This document shows positions 40,427 to 48,977 of a stretch of DNA of 50,649 nucleotides, in pieces. The notes below the pieces were generated by a model. It saw only the letters and a program-made list of their open reading frames with translations. It was not told the DNA's origin and made no database searches. The position numbers were made by a program, and so were the translations under genes. The number at the start of each line of letters is the position of its first letter. The stretch's first letter is position 1. The stretch is from an uncultured Eubacteriales bacterium. Its GTDB lineage: Bacteria > Bacillota > Clostridia > Oscillospirales > Ruminococcaceae. The stretch is from assembly GCA_902493155.1 (NCBI GenBank), contig CABUOE010000001.1, positions 1 through 50,649 on the forward strand, written 5' to 3'.

Positions 40427-40699
40427 CAAAAAACCTCCCGTCCAAAACGAATTCATTTTGGGTTGGAAGGCGCATCTGTCCTATTATTCGCCCAATGGGC
40501 GGGTAAAAATTCTCCCGCGTAAATTTGGACAACAAAAATACAGGTCAGGCTTTCTCCGCCAATCCAACACAAAACAGAGCGCCATTCACGCCCTAAACCT
40601 ACGATGTTTTTGTGTTCAGACTAGCAAATTCTCATGAGCCTTATACCTGTACCTTTCTTATATTGCTGTCAGTATAGCACAACCTTTTGTTTCCGTCAA
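40427..40699 (-). promoter_or_regulatory. Promoter plus structured attenuator leader with uORF MRIC* (40635-40621)
   Basis: TTGACG-17-TATACT (40699-40671); long hairpin 40651-40539 followed by U-tract; second hairpin 40470-40434 pairing the ABC-F SD. Confidence 0.7.
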
Positions 40700-40703
40700 G
40701 AGG

Positions 40704-41948
40704 TTATTTTTCGGGTTTTCCTCCCCGATCCCGGATGGCGTCCGGCGTGATCCCCAAATCGTTTTTGAGAATTTGGGCGTAGGAAATAGAAGCTTTCCCG
40801 TATTTTCCTCGAATGCTGTCCATGGCCTGTTCCAGGCTTTTCCGCCTTTCGTGCTGGGCGCTGTCCTCCTCTTTTTCGAACAGCGAAAGCTGTCGTCCCC
40901 CTTCCCCTTCGCCGAAATGGGAGGCGGTGACGGTAATGGCCCGAATGGGCTTTTTCAGATCCCAAAAAGATAAAATCAGCTCCATGGAAATATCGTAGAG
41001 ATCCTTGGAGAGATCGGTGGGGCTGTCCAAGGTGATCTGCTTCTGCACCGTGTGGAATTGGGGATCCTTGACGGCAACGGAAACCGTCCGGCATTGATAC
41101 CCATACCGCCGCAGCCGCGCCGCCACCGAATCGGCAAGATACAGCACTCCCGACCGAATGTCCTCTATCCCCAAAAGATTTCTCTTAAAAGTCATACCGT
41201 TGCCTACCGATTTTGCCTCCTGCCGGTCGTAAATGGAGGCCACGGAACTATTGTCTTCCCCATTGGCGTAAGCGTGCAGCTGGGAGCCGATCTTCCCCAG
41301 CTTTGTCGCCAGCACTTCCTCGCTTGTGACCGCCAGATCACCGATGGTGCGGATGCCCAGCTTGCGGAACACTTCCTGAGACGCTTTGCCCACGTATAAA
41401 AGAGCCTCCGCCGGCAGCGGCCAGACAAGGCTTTTATAGTTTTGCCTGCTGATGATAGTGGTTGCATCAGGTTTTTTGTAGTCGCTGCCCAATTTGGCAA
41501 AAACCTTATTAAAGGACACCCCAACCGATATGGTCAGTCCTAACTCCTGCTTCACTGTCTTCCGCAGCTCGTCGGCAATTTTTTTGCCGCCTCCGAACAG
41601 CATCCGGCTCCCCGTCACGTCCAGCCAGGATTCGTCGATGCCGAAGGGCTCCACCTGTTCGGTGTACCGGGCGTAGATGGCGTTGACTTTTTTGGAAAAC
41701 TCCTGATAGGCGTCGTGATGGGGTTTCATAAGTACCAAATCGGGACATTTCTTCTTTGCCTGCCAGACGGTTTCAGCAGTAGTCACGTTGTACTTCTTGG
41801 CCAGTTCGTTTTTGGCTAAGATGATTCCCTTTCGGCTCTCCGGATCGCCGCAGACCGCCATGGGGACTTTTTTGAGTTCCGGATGGAGGACGCACTCTAC
41901 CGACGCGTAAAATCCGTTGCAGTCACAGTGCAGAATGGTGCGTTCCAT
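40704..41948 (-). CDS. dinB: DNA polymerase IV
   Basis: ILHCDCNGFYASVE, FGIDESWLD, AKLGSDYKKPD, little-finger KSVGNGMTF. Confidence 0.94.
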   Translation of the reverse strand: MERTILHCDCNGFYASVECVLHPELKKVPMAVCGDPESRKGIILAKNELAKKYNVTTAETVWQAKKKCPDLVLMKPHHDAYQEFSKKVNAIYARYTEQVEPFGIDESWLDVTGSRMLFGGGKKIADELRKTVKQELGLTISVGVSFNKVFAKLGSDYKKPDATTIISRQNYKSLVWPLPAEALLYVGKASQEVFRKLGIRTIGDLAVTSEEVLATKLGKIGSQLHAYANGEDNSSVASIYDRQEAKSVGNGMTFKRNLLGIEDIRSGVLYLADSVAARLRRYGYQCRTVSVAVKDPQFHTVQKQITLDSPTDLSKDLYDISMELILSFWDLKKPIRAITVTASHFGEGEGGRQLSLFEKEEDSAQHERRKSLEQAMDSIRGKYGKASISYAQILKNDLGITPDAIRDRGGKPEK

Positions 41949-41975
41949 CTCCGTTCCTCCTTTTTGCATCCTTTG

Positions 41976-42413
41976 CTACAGCCACTCAACAAACGCCGTT
42001 TCCCCTTGGCTGGAAAACCCCGCCCGCTCGTAAAACCGCAGGGTGCTTTCCTCTTTGGTGCTGGTGATGAGCATCCGCTTGTAGCAGTTTTCCTTTACGC
42101 ACAGCTCCCGGGCGTATCGGAGCACCGCAGCGCCGCAGCCACGTTTCCGGTATGCACTATGGGTCACCACATATTCGATGAGCCCGAATGGACGCATCCC
42201 ATGGGTCAGATTCTCCACAATGAGCAGTGTGCAGGACGCCGCCACTCTGCCGTCTATTTCCGCCACAATGACATGGTGGTTGGGATTTTTGAGGATTTTC
42301 TCCCACACCCCTTCCACCGTTTCGTCGATGAGCGGCACCGACTTCTCATGCAGGTGAGTGTAGAGCTCCAAAAGTCCTTGAAGGTCCTCATATTTTGCTT
42401 CTCTGACAGTCAT
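41976..42413 (-). CDS. GNAT family N-acetyltransferase
   Basis: IEYVVTHSAYRKRGCG, FYERAGF. Confidence 0.87.
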   Translation of the reverse strand: MTVREAKYEDLQGLLELYTHLHEKSVPLIDETVEGVWEKILKNPNHHVIVAEIDGRVAASCTLLIVENLTHGMRPFGLIEYVVTHSAYRKRGCGAAVLRYARELCVKENCYKRMLITSTKEESTLRFYERAGFSSQGETAFVEWL

Positions 42414-42470
42414 ATCGATCCTGTCCTCTCCAAAATGTCGTTACCGATTCCTATGCAGAGGGCTTTATTC

Positions 42471-43919
42471 TCAGACCTTCCCGGCCAGCATCCCAAGCAC
42501 TTTTTTCAAAAGCTTCCACAGCCGCAGACAGGATTCCAAATCCAGATGCTCGTTGGGGGTGTGGAAATCGTATATCACAGGGCCGGTGGATACAATGTCG
42601 AGATTCGGCTTCTTCGCTTTGATGAGCCCGCATTCCAGCCCGGCGTGTATGGCTTTCATTTTCATGGTGCCGCCGTGGAGTTCCCGATAGCACTGGGCAA
42701 AAATCTCCCGCAGCTTGGACTGGGGTTCATACTGCCATCCGGGATACCGGCTGTCGTGGTCGTAGGAGCATCCGAAAGTTTTCGCCAGCAGTTCCAGTTT
42801 AAGCTGGGTGTCGTCCTGCAAGCTCTCCACCGACGAACGGGGCGCAAAGGTGAGTATTACCTTACTCCCCTCGGTGACGATTACCCCCAAATTGCAGGAG
42901 GACTGCACCAATCCCTCCATCCGCGGGCTCATGGTCAGCACCCCGTTGGGAGCCAGGTTCAAAAGGGTAATCATTTCCTTGGAATCCTTGCCATCCATCA
43001 TCTCGGAAGGCGGTTCACAGCTTTCACAGCTGAAATGGAATCCGCTGTCCTTGACCCCCAGTTCTTTTTTGATAACCGTCTCCAAATTTTCCACTATTCG
43101 CCGCACTGATTGCGGATCCGCGGCGGCGATCACTACATCGCATTCCCGTGGGATGGCGTTGTCCTTGCCTCCGCCGCAAATAGACGAGAGGCATATTGCC
43201 GTTTCCTCCGACAAATTTAAAAGCATCCGACCCACAAGCTTGATGGCGTTTCCTCTGCATTTACCGATGTCGTCGCCGGAGTGGCCGCCGGCTAAGCCCC
43301 GAACTGAAATTCGCATAGCCTCCCCGGAAAAGGGAACGGAAGTAAATTTTTTCGTCAGATGGGTCCGCATTCCCCCAGCGCAGCTGATGAGCAAGGTGTC
43401 GTCCGGGCCGGAGTCCAGATTGATCATCATCTTGGCCCGGATGGGCGACGCGTCGAACCGCTCCGCCCCGATGAGTCCCGTCTCCTCCTGGACGGTGAAC
43501 AAACACTCCAAATCCGGATGGAGCAGCTCGTCGTCATCGAGAATTGCCAGCATATAGGCTACCGCTACGCCGTCGTCCGCTCCCAAAGTCGTCCCCTTGG
43601 CGTAGAGAAAACCGTCCCGCTCTATAAGCTCAATGGGGTCTTTCATAAAATCGTGAACGGTGCCGACGTTTTTCTCACACACCATGTCCATATGGCCCTG
43701 AAGCAGCACCGCGTCCTCCACCCGGGCCGATGGAAACGCCGGCTTGCGGATCAAAACGTTTCCCACTTCATCTCTGGTACATTCCAAATTATGGGAAAGG
43801 GCAAAGCCCACCAGATAATCCCCCAACGCTTTTTCATTTCCAGAACCCCTCGGAATAGCGCTGATTTCCCGAAAATAACGGAAAAACGCCTTAGGTTCCC
43901 GATTGAGCAAATCACTCAT
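42471..43919 (-). CDS. pepD: Aminoacyl-histidine dipeptidase (M20C)
   Basis: IPRGSGNE, LQGHMDMVCEK, TTLGADDG, EETGL, GGHSG, HAGLECG, HTPNE. Confidence 0.93.
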   Translation of the reverse strand: MSDLLNREPKAFFRYFREISAIPRGSGNEKALGDYLVGFALSHNLECTRDEVGNVLIRKPAFPSARVEDAVLLQGHMDMVCEKNVGTVHDFMKDPIELIERDGFLYAKGTTLGADDGVAVAYMLAILDDDELLHPDLECLFTVQEETGLIGAERFDASPIRAKMMINLDSGPDDTLLISCAGGMRTHLTKKFTSVPFSGEAMRISVRGLAGGHSGDDIGKCRGNAIKLVGRMLLNLSEETAICLSSICGGGKDNAIPRECDVVIAAADPQSVRRIVENLETVIKKELGVKDSGFHFSCESCEPPSEMMDGKDSKEMITLLNLAPNGVLTMSPRMEGLVQSSCNLGVIVTEGSKVILTFAPRSSVESLQDDTQLKLELLAKTFGCSYDHDSRYPGWQYEPQSKLREIFAQCYRELHGGTMKMKAIHAGLECGLIKAKKPNLDIVSTGPVIYDFHTPNEHLDLESCLRLWKLLKKVLGMLAGKV

Positions 43920-44062
43920 ATTGATCTTCTTCCTTTCTCCAGTGCGCCGTACTCTGTGGAATCAGCGCAAGCCAAGGCCGCCGGAGCGTCTTTGTCCCTC
44001 GACAGCGCTTTTTGATATGCATGATACCGCTATTTTCTGTCAAAAATAACGAAAATATACTT

Positions 44063-44647
44063 CTACCGCTGTTCGTCCAAACTCTGATAGAAAGCCGGAA
44101 TGAAATGCTCCATAAAAAATTCCACTTCAGAAAGCTTTAGGCTGTGCAGGGCATCCAGCTGGCACTGGAGGGCGTTTTTGAACTCCCTGTTGCCGGACTG
44201 TTCTTCCTGGATGCACTTGATGAGGGCGGAAAGCTTATCGGCGCCTTTGAGATAAGGCCGGTAGATTTCGTCCTTCCCCTCGCAGGAAAAAATATCAGCG
44301 TACACCGTCTGCATTTCCTCCGGAAGCTTTTGCAGCAGCTCATTCGCGGCCTCCTTCTCCACGTCTTTATACATCGCCCGAAGATTCTCGCTGTAATATT
44401 TGACAGGAGTGGGCATGTCCCCGGTGATGATTTCGCTGGCATCGTGATAAAGGGCCAAAACGGCGCACCGCTCCGCGTCCAAACTTTTCCCAAAATAGGT
44501 GTTTCCAATGACGCAGAGGCAATGGGCGATGACCGCCGTGTCCAGACTGTGCTCCGCCAGGTTATCGCTGAAGGTATTGCGCATCAGCCCCCATCGGTCG
44601 ATGTGTTTCATCCGTAAAATAAGAGCAAAAAAACTGCTGTCCAACAT
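44063..44647 (-). CDS. yfbR: 5'-deoxynucleotidase, HD domain (YfbR-like)
   Basis: RMKHIDRWGLMRN, EHS, LYHDASEIITGDMPTPVKY, ADKLSALIKC. Confidence 0.9.
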   Translation of the reverse strand: MLDSSFFALILRMKHIDRWGLMRNTFSDNLAEHSLDTAVIAHCLCVIGNTYFGKSLDAERCAVLALYHDASEIITGDMPTPVKYYSENLRAMYKDVEKEAANELLQKLPEEMQTVYADIFSCEGKDEIYRPYLKGADKLSALIKCIQEEQSGNREFKNALQCQLDALHSLKLSEVEFFMEHFIPAFYQSLDEQR

Positions 44648-44899
44648 GGAATCATTCCTCCTGTCCGGGTTGTTCCCTTTGCCGGTGAAAAGGTGAATTT
44701 CAAAGGGAGCGAAACCTTTGTTAAGTTCTTCGCCCCTAGTCATACTAAAATCTTTCCACATATTGTTATTTTATCAAAAATTATTATAAAAGTCCATTTT
44801 ATTCAAAGGGAATCTGTGATATAATATCCACAAATGGCACACAACGTGTGCCATGCGCCGAAGGTCCGCATAGAAGATGCGATTTGCGTTTCTTATATC

Positions 44900-44932
44900 A
44901 TCCGGTTCTGCTGGCGCAGAACTGCGGCGGAT
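44900..44932 (+). repeat. 33-bp bulged-hairpin repeat, copy 2 (upstream of yfhO)
   Basis: ATCCGGTTCTGCTGGCGCAGAACTGCGGCGGAT, identical to the reverse complement of 28942-28974. Confidence 0.85.
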
Positions 44933-45084
44933 GCTGTAATATTTTCCCCTCTGTGTGAGGCTTCATCCGCTGAAAACAGATATTATAGGTAAAAACCTGC
45001 GTACGGCGGCAATTTCATTGTCCAAACACCGTGCACTTTATTTCGGGTCCAGTACCCTATCATCAAACAAGAGGTGTATATCAA

Positions 45085-47733
45085 TTGGTTAATCTTCGAC
45101 AGAAGGCAGCAAAACAATATTTTCTCGTTTTTGGGCTGGGACTGCTCACGAGCTTTCTCTTTTTCCTCCCTTTCCTGATTATGGACAAGGGCCTTTTTGT
45201 CTATTACGGCGACTTTAACGTTCAGCAGATTCCCTTTTACCAGATGTGCCACGACGCTGTCCGCAGCGGGAACCTGTTCTGGAGCTGGACCACCGATCTG
45301 GGGGCAAATTTCATCGGCTCCTACGCCTTTTACAATATCGGCAGCCCCTTTTTCTGGCTGACCATTCCCTTCCCCAGCGAAGCCGTACCCTACCTCATGG
45401 CCCCGCTTTTGATGCTGAAATTCGCCACCGCGTCGGTCACCTCCTTCGCTTTTTTAAAGCGCTTTGTCAAAAACCCCAGCTATGCCCTCATTGGCGCTTT
45501 GCTCTATGCCTTCTCGGGATTTTCCATCTACAACATCTTTTTTAACCATTTCCACGAGGTCATCGCATTTTTCCCCCTCCTTCTGCTGTCACTGGAAGAG
45601 AATATCATAAACCACCGGCGGGGCGTTTTCGCCCTGATGGTCGCCCTGAGTGCCATTATCAACTACTATTTCTTTTTTGGCGAAGTGATTTTCGTCACCA
45701 TTTATTTCTTCGTCCGCCTCATCTGCGGCGGGGATTTCAAACTGAATGTCAAGCAGTTTTTACTGCTGTTTTTTGAGGCGGTGCTGGGCGTTTTGATTGC
45801 CGCGTTCCTGCTTCTGCCGGCGGTACTGGCCATCTCCGGCAATCCCCGCACCGATAACTTCCTGCTGGGGTGGAACGGTCTTCTCTACAGCAGCGTCCAA
45901 CGGTACGGCCTCATTCTCCAGAGCTTTTTCTACCCTCCCGACATTCCCGCTTACCCCAACTTTTTCCCCGACTCCAACGCAAAATGGTCGTCGGTATCCA
46001 TGTTCCTGCCGCTCTTTAGCATGACCGGCGTTTTCGCCATGTTAAAATCCCGGGAAAAGCACTGGACAAAACCGCTTTTTTTCCTCTCCTTGGTCATCGC
46101 CTTTATCCCCTTCCTCAACAGCTCCTTCTCGGCGTTTAACAACTCCTATTACGCCCGATGGTTCTATATGCCCATCCTCATTATGTCGGTCATGACCATC
46201 GTCGCCCTGGAAAAATATCGGGAAAACTTTAAGTTTGGGGTCAAGTGGACCGCCATCGTGGCAGGCGCTTTCCTCGTTATCAGCTTCTTCCCCTCCTACA
46301 AAGACGGGAAAATCGTATTTGGTGAGCTCCCCAAATACCAGGACCGTCTCTGGGCTTATGTGATGGTCGTCATCATGGGGCTGGTGCTTTCCTATGTCCT
46401 GACCCGCCTCACCAAAAAGGTCTTTTTCCGGGCCACCACCATCGCCGTCTGCTTTATGGTCGTCCTCACTTCGATTTTGATGATGGCGCTGGGTAAAGGC
46501 AATTCCCTCACCACTCACCGGGTGGTGGAAATGGGTCTCCATGGCCGAGAAAAACTGACCTTTCTGGAGGAAGACAGCGACGAATTTTACCGCATCGACA
46601 TGTACAACAACGTAGACGACGATAAAAAGTGTATGGACAATTTCCCCATGTATTGGCAGGTCCCCACCATCCAGGCCTTCCACTCCGTCGTCCCCGCCTC
46701 CATCTTTACCTTTTATGATTCCATCGGCTTCGACCGCGGGGTCGGCTCCCGCCCCGATATCAAATACCGCGGTGTCCGGGCGCTGACATCGGTCAAATAC
46801 CTTTTAACCTATGCCGGTGAAAAAGACGCCGACACCGAAGGCTTTACCTATCTGACCACCGAAAACGAATTCGACATTTATACAAACGACAACTACATTC
46901 CCATGGGCTTTACCTACGAGTATTATGTAAACGATAAGATGTTTGACGACTTCTCGGAGAAAAGCCGCGACCGGCTGATGCTGGCGGCCATCCACCTGAG
47001 TGACGAGCAGATCGCCCGCTACAGCGACATCCTGTCAGAGCTTCCCTTAAGCGAATACCCCCTCATCAGCCTGGAAGGACTTCAGCAGGACGCCGCCAAA
47101 CGGCGGGAAAACACCTGCTACTCCTTTGAAACCGATAACCTGGGCTTTACCGCCAAAATCGACTCTCCTACCGAAGAGCTGATTTTCTTCAGCGTTCCTT
47201 GGGAAGCAGGATGGACCGCCACCGTCAACGGAGAGCCCGCTCTAGTGGAAAACGTCAACAACGGCTTCATGGCGGTTCGGGTGCCCGCCGGGGATTCCAC
47301 CATCCGTTTTGATTACATGACCCCCGGACTGAAAACCGGTTTTCTCATCACCTTGGGCGGACTGCTCCTTCTGATTGGCTACCTCATCATCATGCACCAG
47401 GTTGCCAAACGCCGCTCCGAATGGCGGCTTAACCCTTACGCCCACTTAAACCGAGAATCCGCCCTTTCCCGCATTGCCGCAGGCGACGCCTATGCCGCCA
47501 CCATCTCCCGCAAGGTGCGGAATATTCTCTACCCCCTGCCTTCTTTGGACAATCCGGAGGAGGAAATCCCCAATTGTTCCGACGAGCCGGAAGAAGAGAC
47601 GGAAATCGTAATCCCCAAAGAGGAGGAAAAAACCTTGCCCGCCAATCCCCCGCTCCCTCAGGCTGAGGAAACCAAGGAACATCCTTTGCCCCAACCGGAT
47701 GAAGAGCGGCCAGATGATATTCTCGAAAAATAA
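45085..47733 (+). CDS. YfhO family GT-C membrane glycosyltransferase
   Basis: GDFNVQQIPFY, GSPFFWL, YAFSGF, many TM segments, FFSVPWEAGWTATVNG...GFMAVRVPAG; TTG start after AGAGGTG. Confidence 0.88.
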   Translation: MVNLRQKAAKQYFLVFGLGLLTSFLFFLPFLIMDKGLFVYYGDFNVQQIPFYQMCHDAVRSGNLFWSWTTDLGANFIGSYAFYNIGSPFFWLTIPFPSEAVPYLMAPLLMLKFATASVTSFAFLKRFVKNPSYALIGALLYAFSGFSIYNIFFNHFHEVIAFFPLLLLSLEENIINHRRGVFALMVALSAIINYYFFFGEVIFVTIYFFVRLICGGDFKLNVKQFLLLFFEAVLGVLIAAFLLLPAVLAISGNPRTDNFLLGWNGLLYSSVQRYGLILQSFFYPPDIPAYPNFFPDSNAKWSSVSMFLPLFSMTGVFAMLKSREKHWTKPLFFLSLVIAFIPFLNSSFSAFNNSYYARWFYMPILIMSVMTIVALEKYRENFKFGVKWTAIVAGAFLVISFFPSYKDGKIVFGELPKYQDRLWAYVMVVIMGLVLSYVLTRLTKKVFFRATTIAVCFMVVLTSILMMALGKGNSLTTHRVVEMGLHGREKLTFLEEDSDEFYRIDMYNNVDDDKKCMDNFPMYWQVPTIQAFHSVVPASIFTFYDSIGFDRGVGSRPDIKYRGVRALTSVKYLLTYAGEKDADTEGFTYLTTENEFDIYTNDNYIPMGFTYEYYVNDKMFDDFSEKSRDRLMLAAIHLSDEQIARYSDILSELPLSEYPLISLEGLQQDAAKRRENTCYSFETDNLGFTAKIDSPTEELIFFSVPWEAGWTATVNGEPALVENVNNGFMAVRVPAGDSTIRFDYMTPGLKTGFLITLGGLLLLIGYLIIMHQVAKRRSEWRLNPYAHLNRESALSRIAAGDAYAATISRKVRNILYPLPSLDNPEEEIPNCSDEPEEETEIVIPKEEEKTLPANPPLPQAEETKEHPLPQPDEERPDDILEK

Positions 47734-47769
47734 TTGAGACAAAACACACGACACAGAAAGGCAAATTTC

Positions 47770-48732
47770 ATGAAAACTCTCTATTTGGTGATTCCCTGTT
47801 ACAATGAGGAGGAAGTCCTGCCGGAAACCTCTAAGCGCCTTTTGCAAAAAGTTCACCACCTGGAAGCGCAAGGCCGGATTTCCCCACAAAGCCGCATCCT
47901 CTTTGTGGACGACGGAAGCAAAGACAACACCTGGCCGATGATTTCCGGGCTGCATCGGCAGGACGCGCATTTTTCAGGGCTGAAGCTGGCTCATAACCGA
48001 GGGCATCAAAACGCTCTGCTGGCAGGGCTCATGACCGCGAAGGAGCACTGCGACATCTGTATCTCCATGGACGCCGATTTACAAGACGACATTGAGGCGG
48101 TGGACAAAATGCTGGACGAAAACGACAATGGCAGCGAAGTGGTCTACGGCGTCCGCAGCAGCCGCAAAACCGACACCTTCTTCAAACGCTTTACCGCCCA
48201 GGGCTTTTACAAATTCATGAAGCTCATGGGAGTGGACATCGTCTACAATCACGCCGACTACCGCCTGCTCAGCAAAAACGCCCTGAAGGGCTTGGCGGAA
48301 TACAAAGAGGTAAACCTTTTTCTCCGCGGCATCGTCCCCCTCATCGGATATAAAAGCTCTTCCGTCACCTACGAACGCCATGAGCGGTTTGCCGGCGAAA
48401 GCAAATACCCCCTCAAAAAGATGCTCTCCTTCGCCTTTGACGGCATCACCTCCTTTTCGGTGAAACCCATCCGCTGGGTGACGATTTTAGGCTTTCTCAT
48501 CTTTTTGGCCAGCATTATCGCCATCATCTATTCGCTGATTTCCAAAATTTTAGGGCATGCGGTGGCCGGATGGACCGCCACCATGCTGTCTATCTGGATG
48601 ATCGGTGGTATCCAGCTCCTTTCCCTGGGCGTCATCGGCGAATACATCGGAAAAATCTATACCGAAACAAAAGCCCGCCCCCGCTACCGCATCGAAGCGG
48701 TGGAACTGACACTGGACGAAAAAAACGCATAG
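47770..48732 (+). CDS. GT2 polyprenol-phosphate glycosyltransferase (GtrB/CsbB/YkoT-like)
   Basis: VIPCYNEE, VDDGSKD, NRGHQNALLAG, MDADLQD, ADYRL, GESKY, two C-terminal TM helices, GEYIGKIY. Confidence 0.92.
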   Translation: MKTLYLVIPCYNEEEVLPETSKRLLQKVHHLEAQGRISPQSRILFVDDGSKDNTWPMISGLHRQDAHFSGLKLAHNRGHQNALLAGLMTAKEHCDICISMDADLQDDIEAVDKMLDENDNGSEVVYGVRSSRKTDTFFKRFTAQGFYKFMKLMGVDIVYNHADYRLLSKNALKGLAEYKEVNLFLRGIVPLIGYKSSSVTYERHERFAGESKYPLKKMLSFAFDGITSFSVKPIRWVTILGFLIFLASIIAIIYSLISKILGHAVAGWTATMLSIWMIGGIQLLSLGVIGEYIGKIYTETKARPRYRIEAVELTLDEKNA

Positions 48733-48770
48733 TATACACAACAGATTCTGGATGTCCAAAACTAATCACA

Positions 48771-48813
48771 TAAAAAGCCTCCGCAGACTGTGATAGACTG
48801 CGGAGGCTTTTTA
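48771..48813. terminator. Terminator after the GT2 gene
   Basis: taaaaagcctccgcag/ctgcggaggcttttta. Confidence 0.8.
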
Positions 48814-48977
48814 TGGTTAAAAGCAATAATTCATCAAAAAAGTTTTATTTATCGACAAATTTCAACAAAGCTCTGCCATGTCATAAGATAAAATAATAAT
48901 AACAAAAGTAATTTTATTTATATTATTTTTGTGAAAATTAAACAACTCATTAAGAAATGAAAGAAAGGAAGGTCAAA

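Noticed and set aside
41883..43109. 408-aa plus-strand ORF
   Set aside because: Antisense across dinB, the GNAT gene and pepD; no family motifs.
44853..44872. CGCCGAAGG resembling a glycine riboswitch core
   Set aside because: The other conserved elements (GGAGA, CTCTCAGG) are absent and the downstream gene is unrelated.
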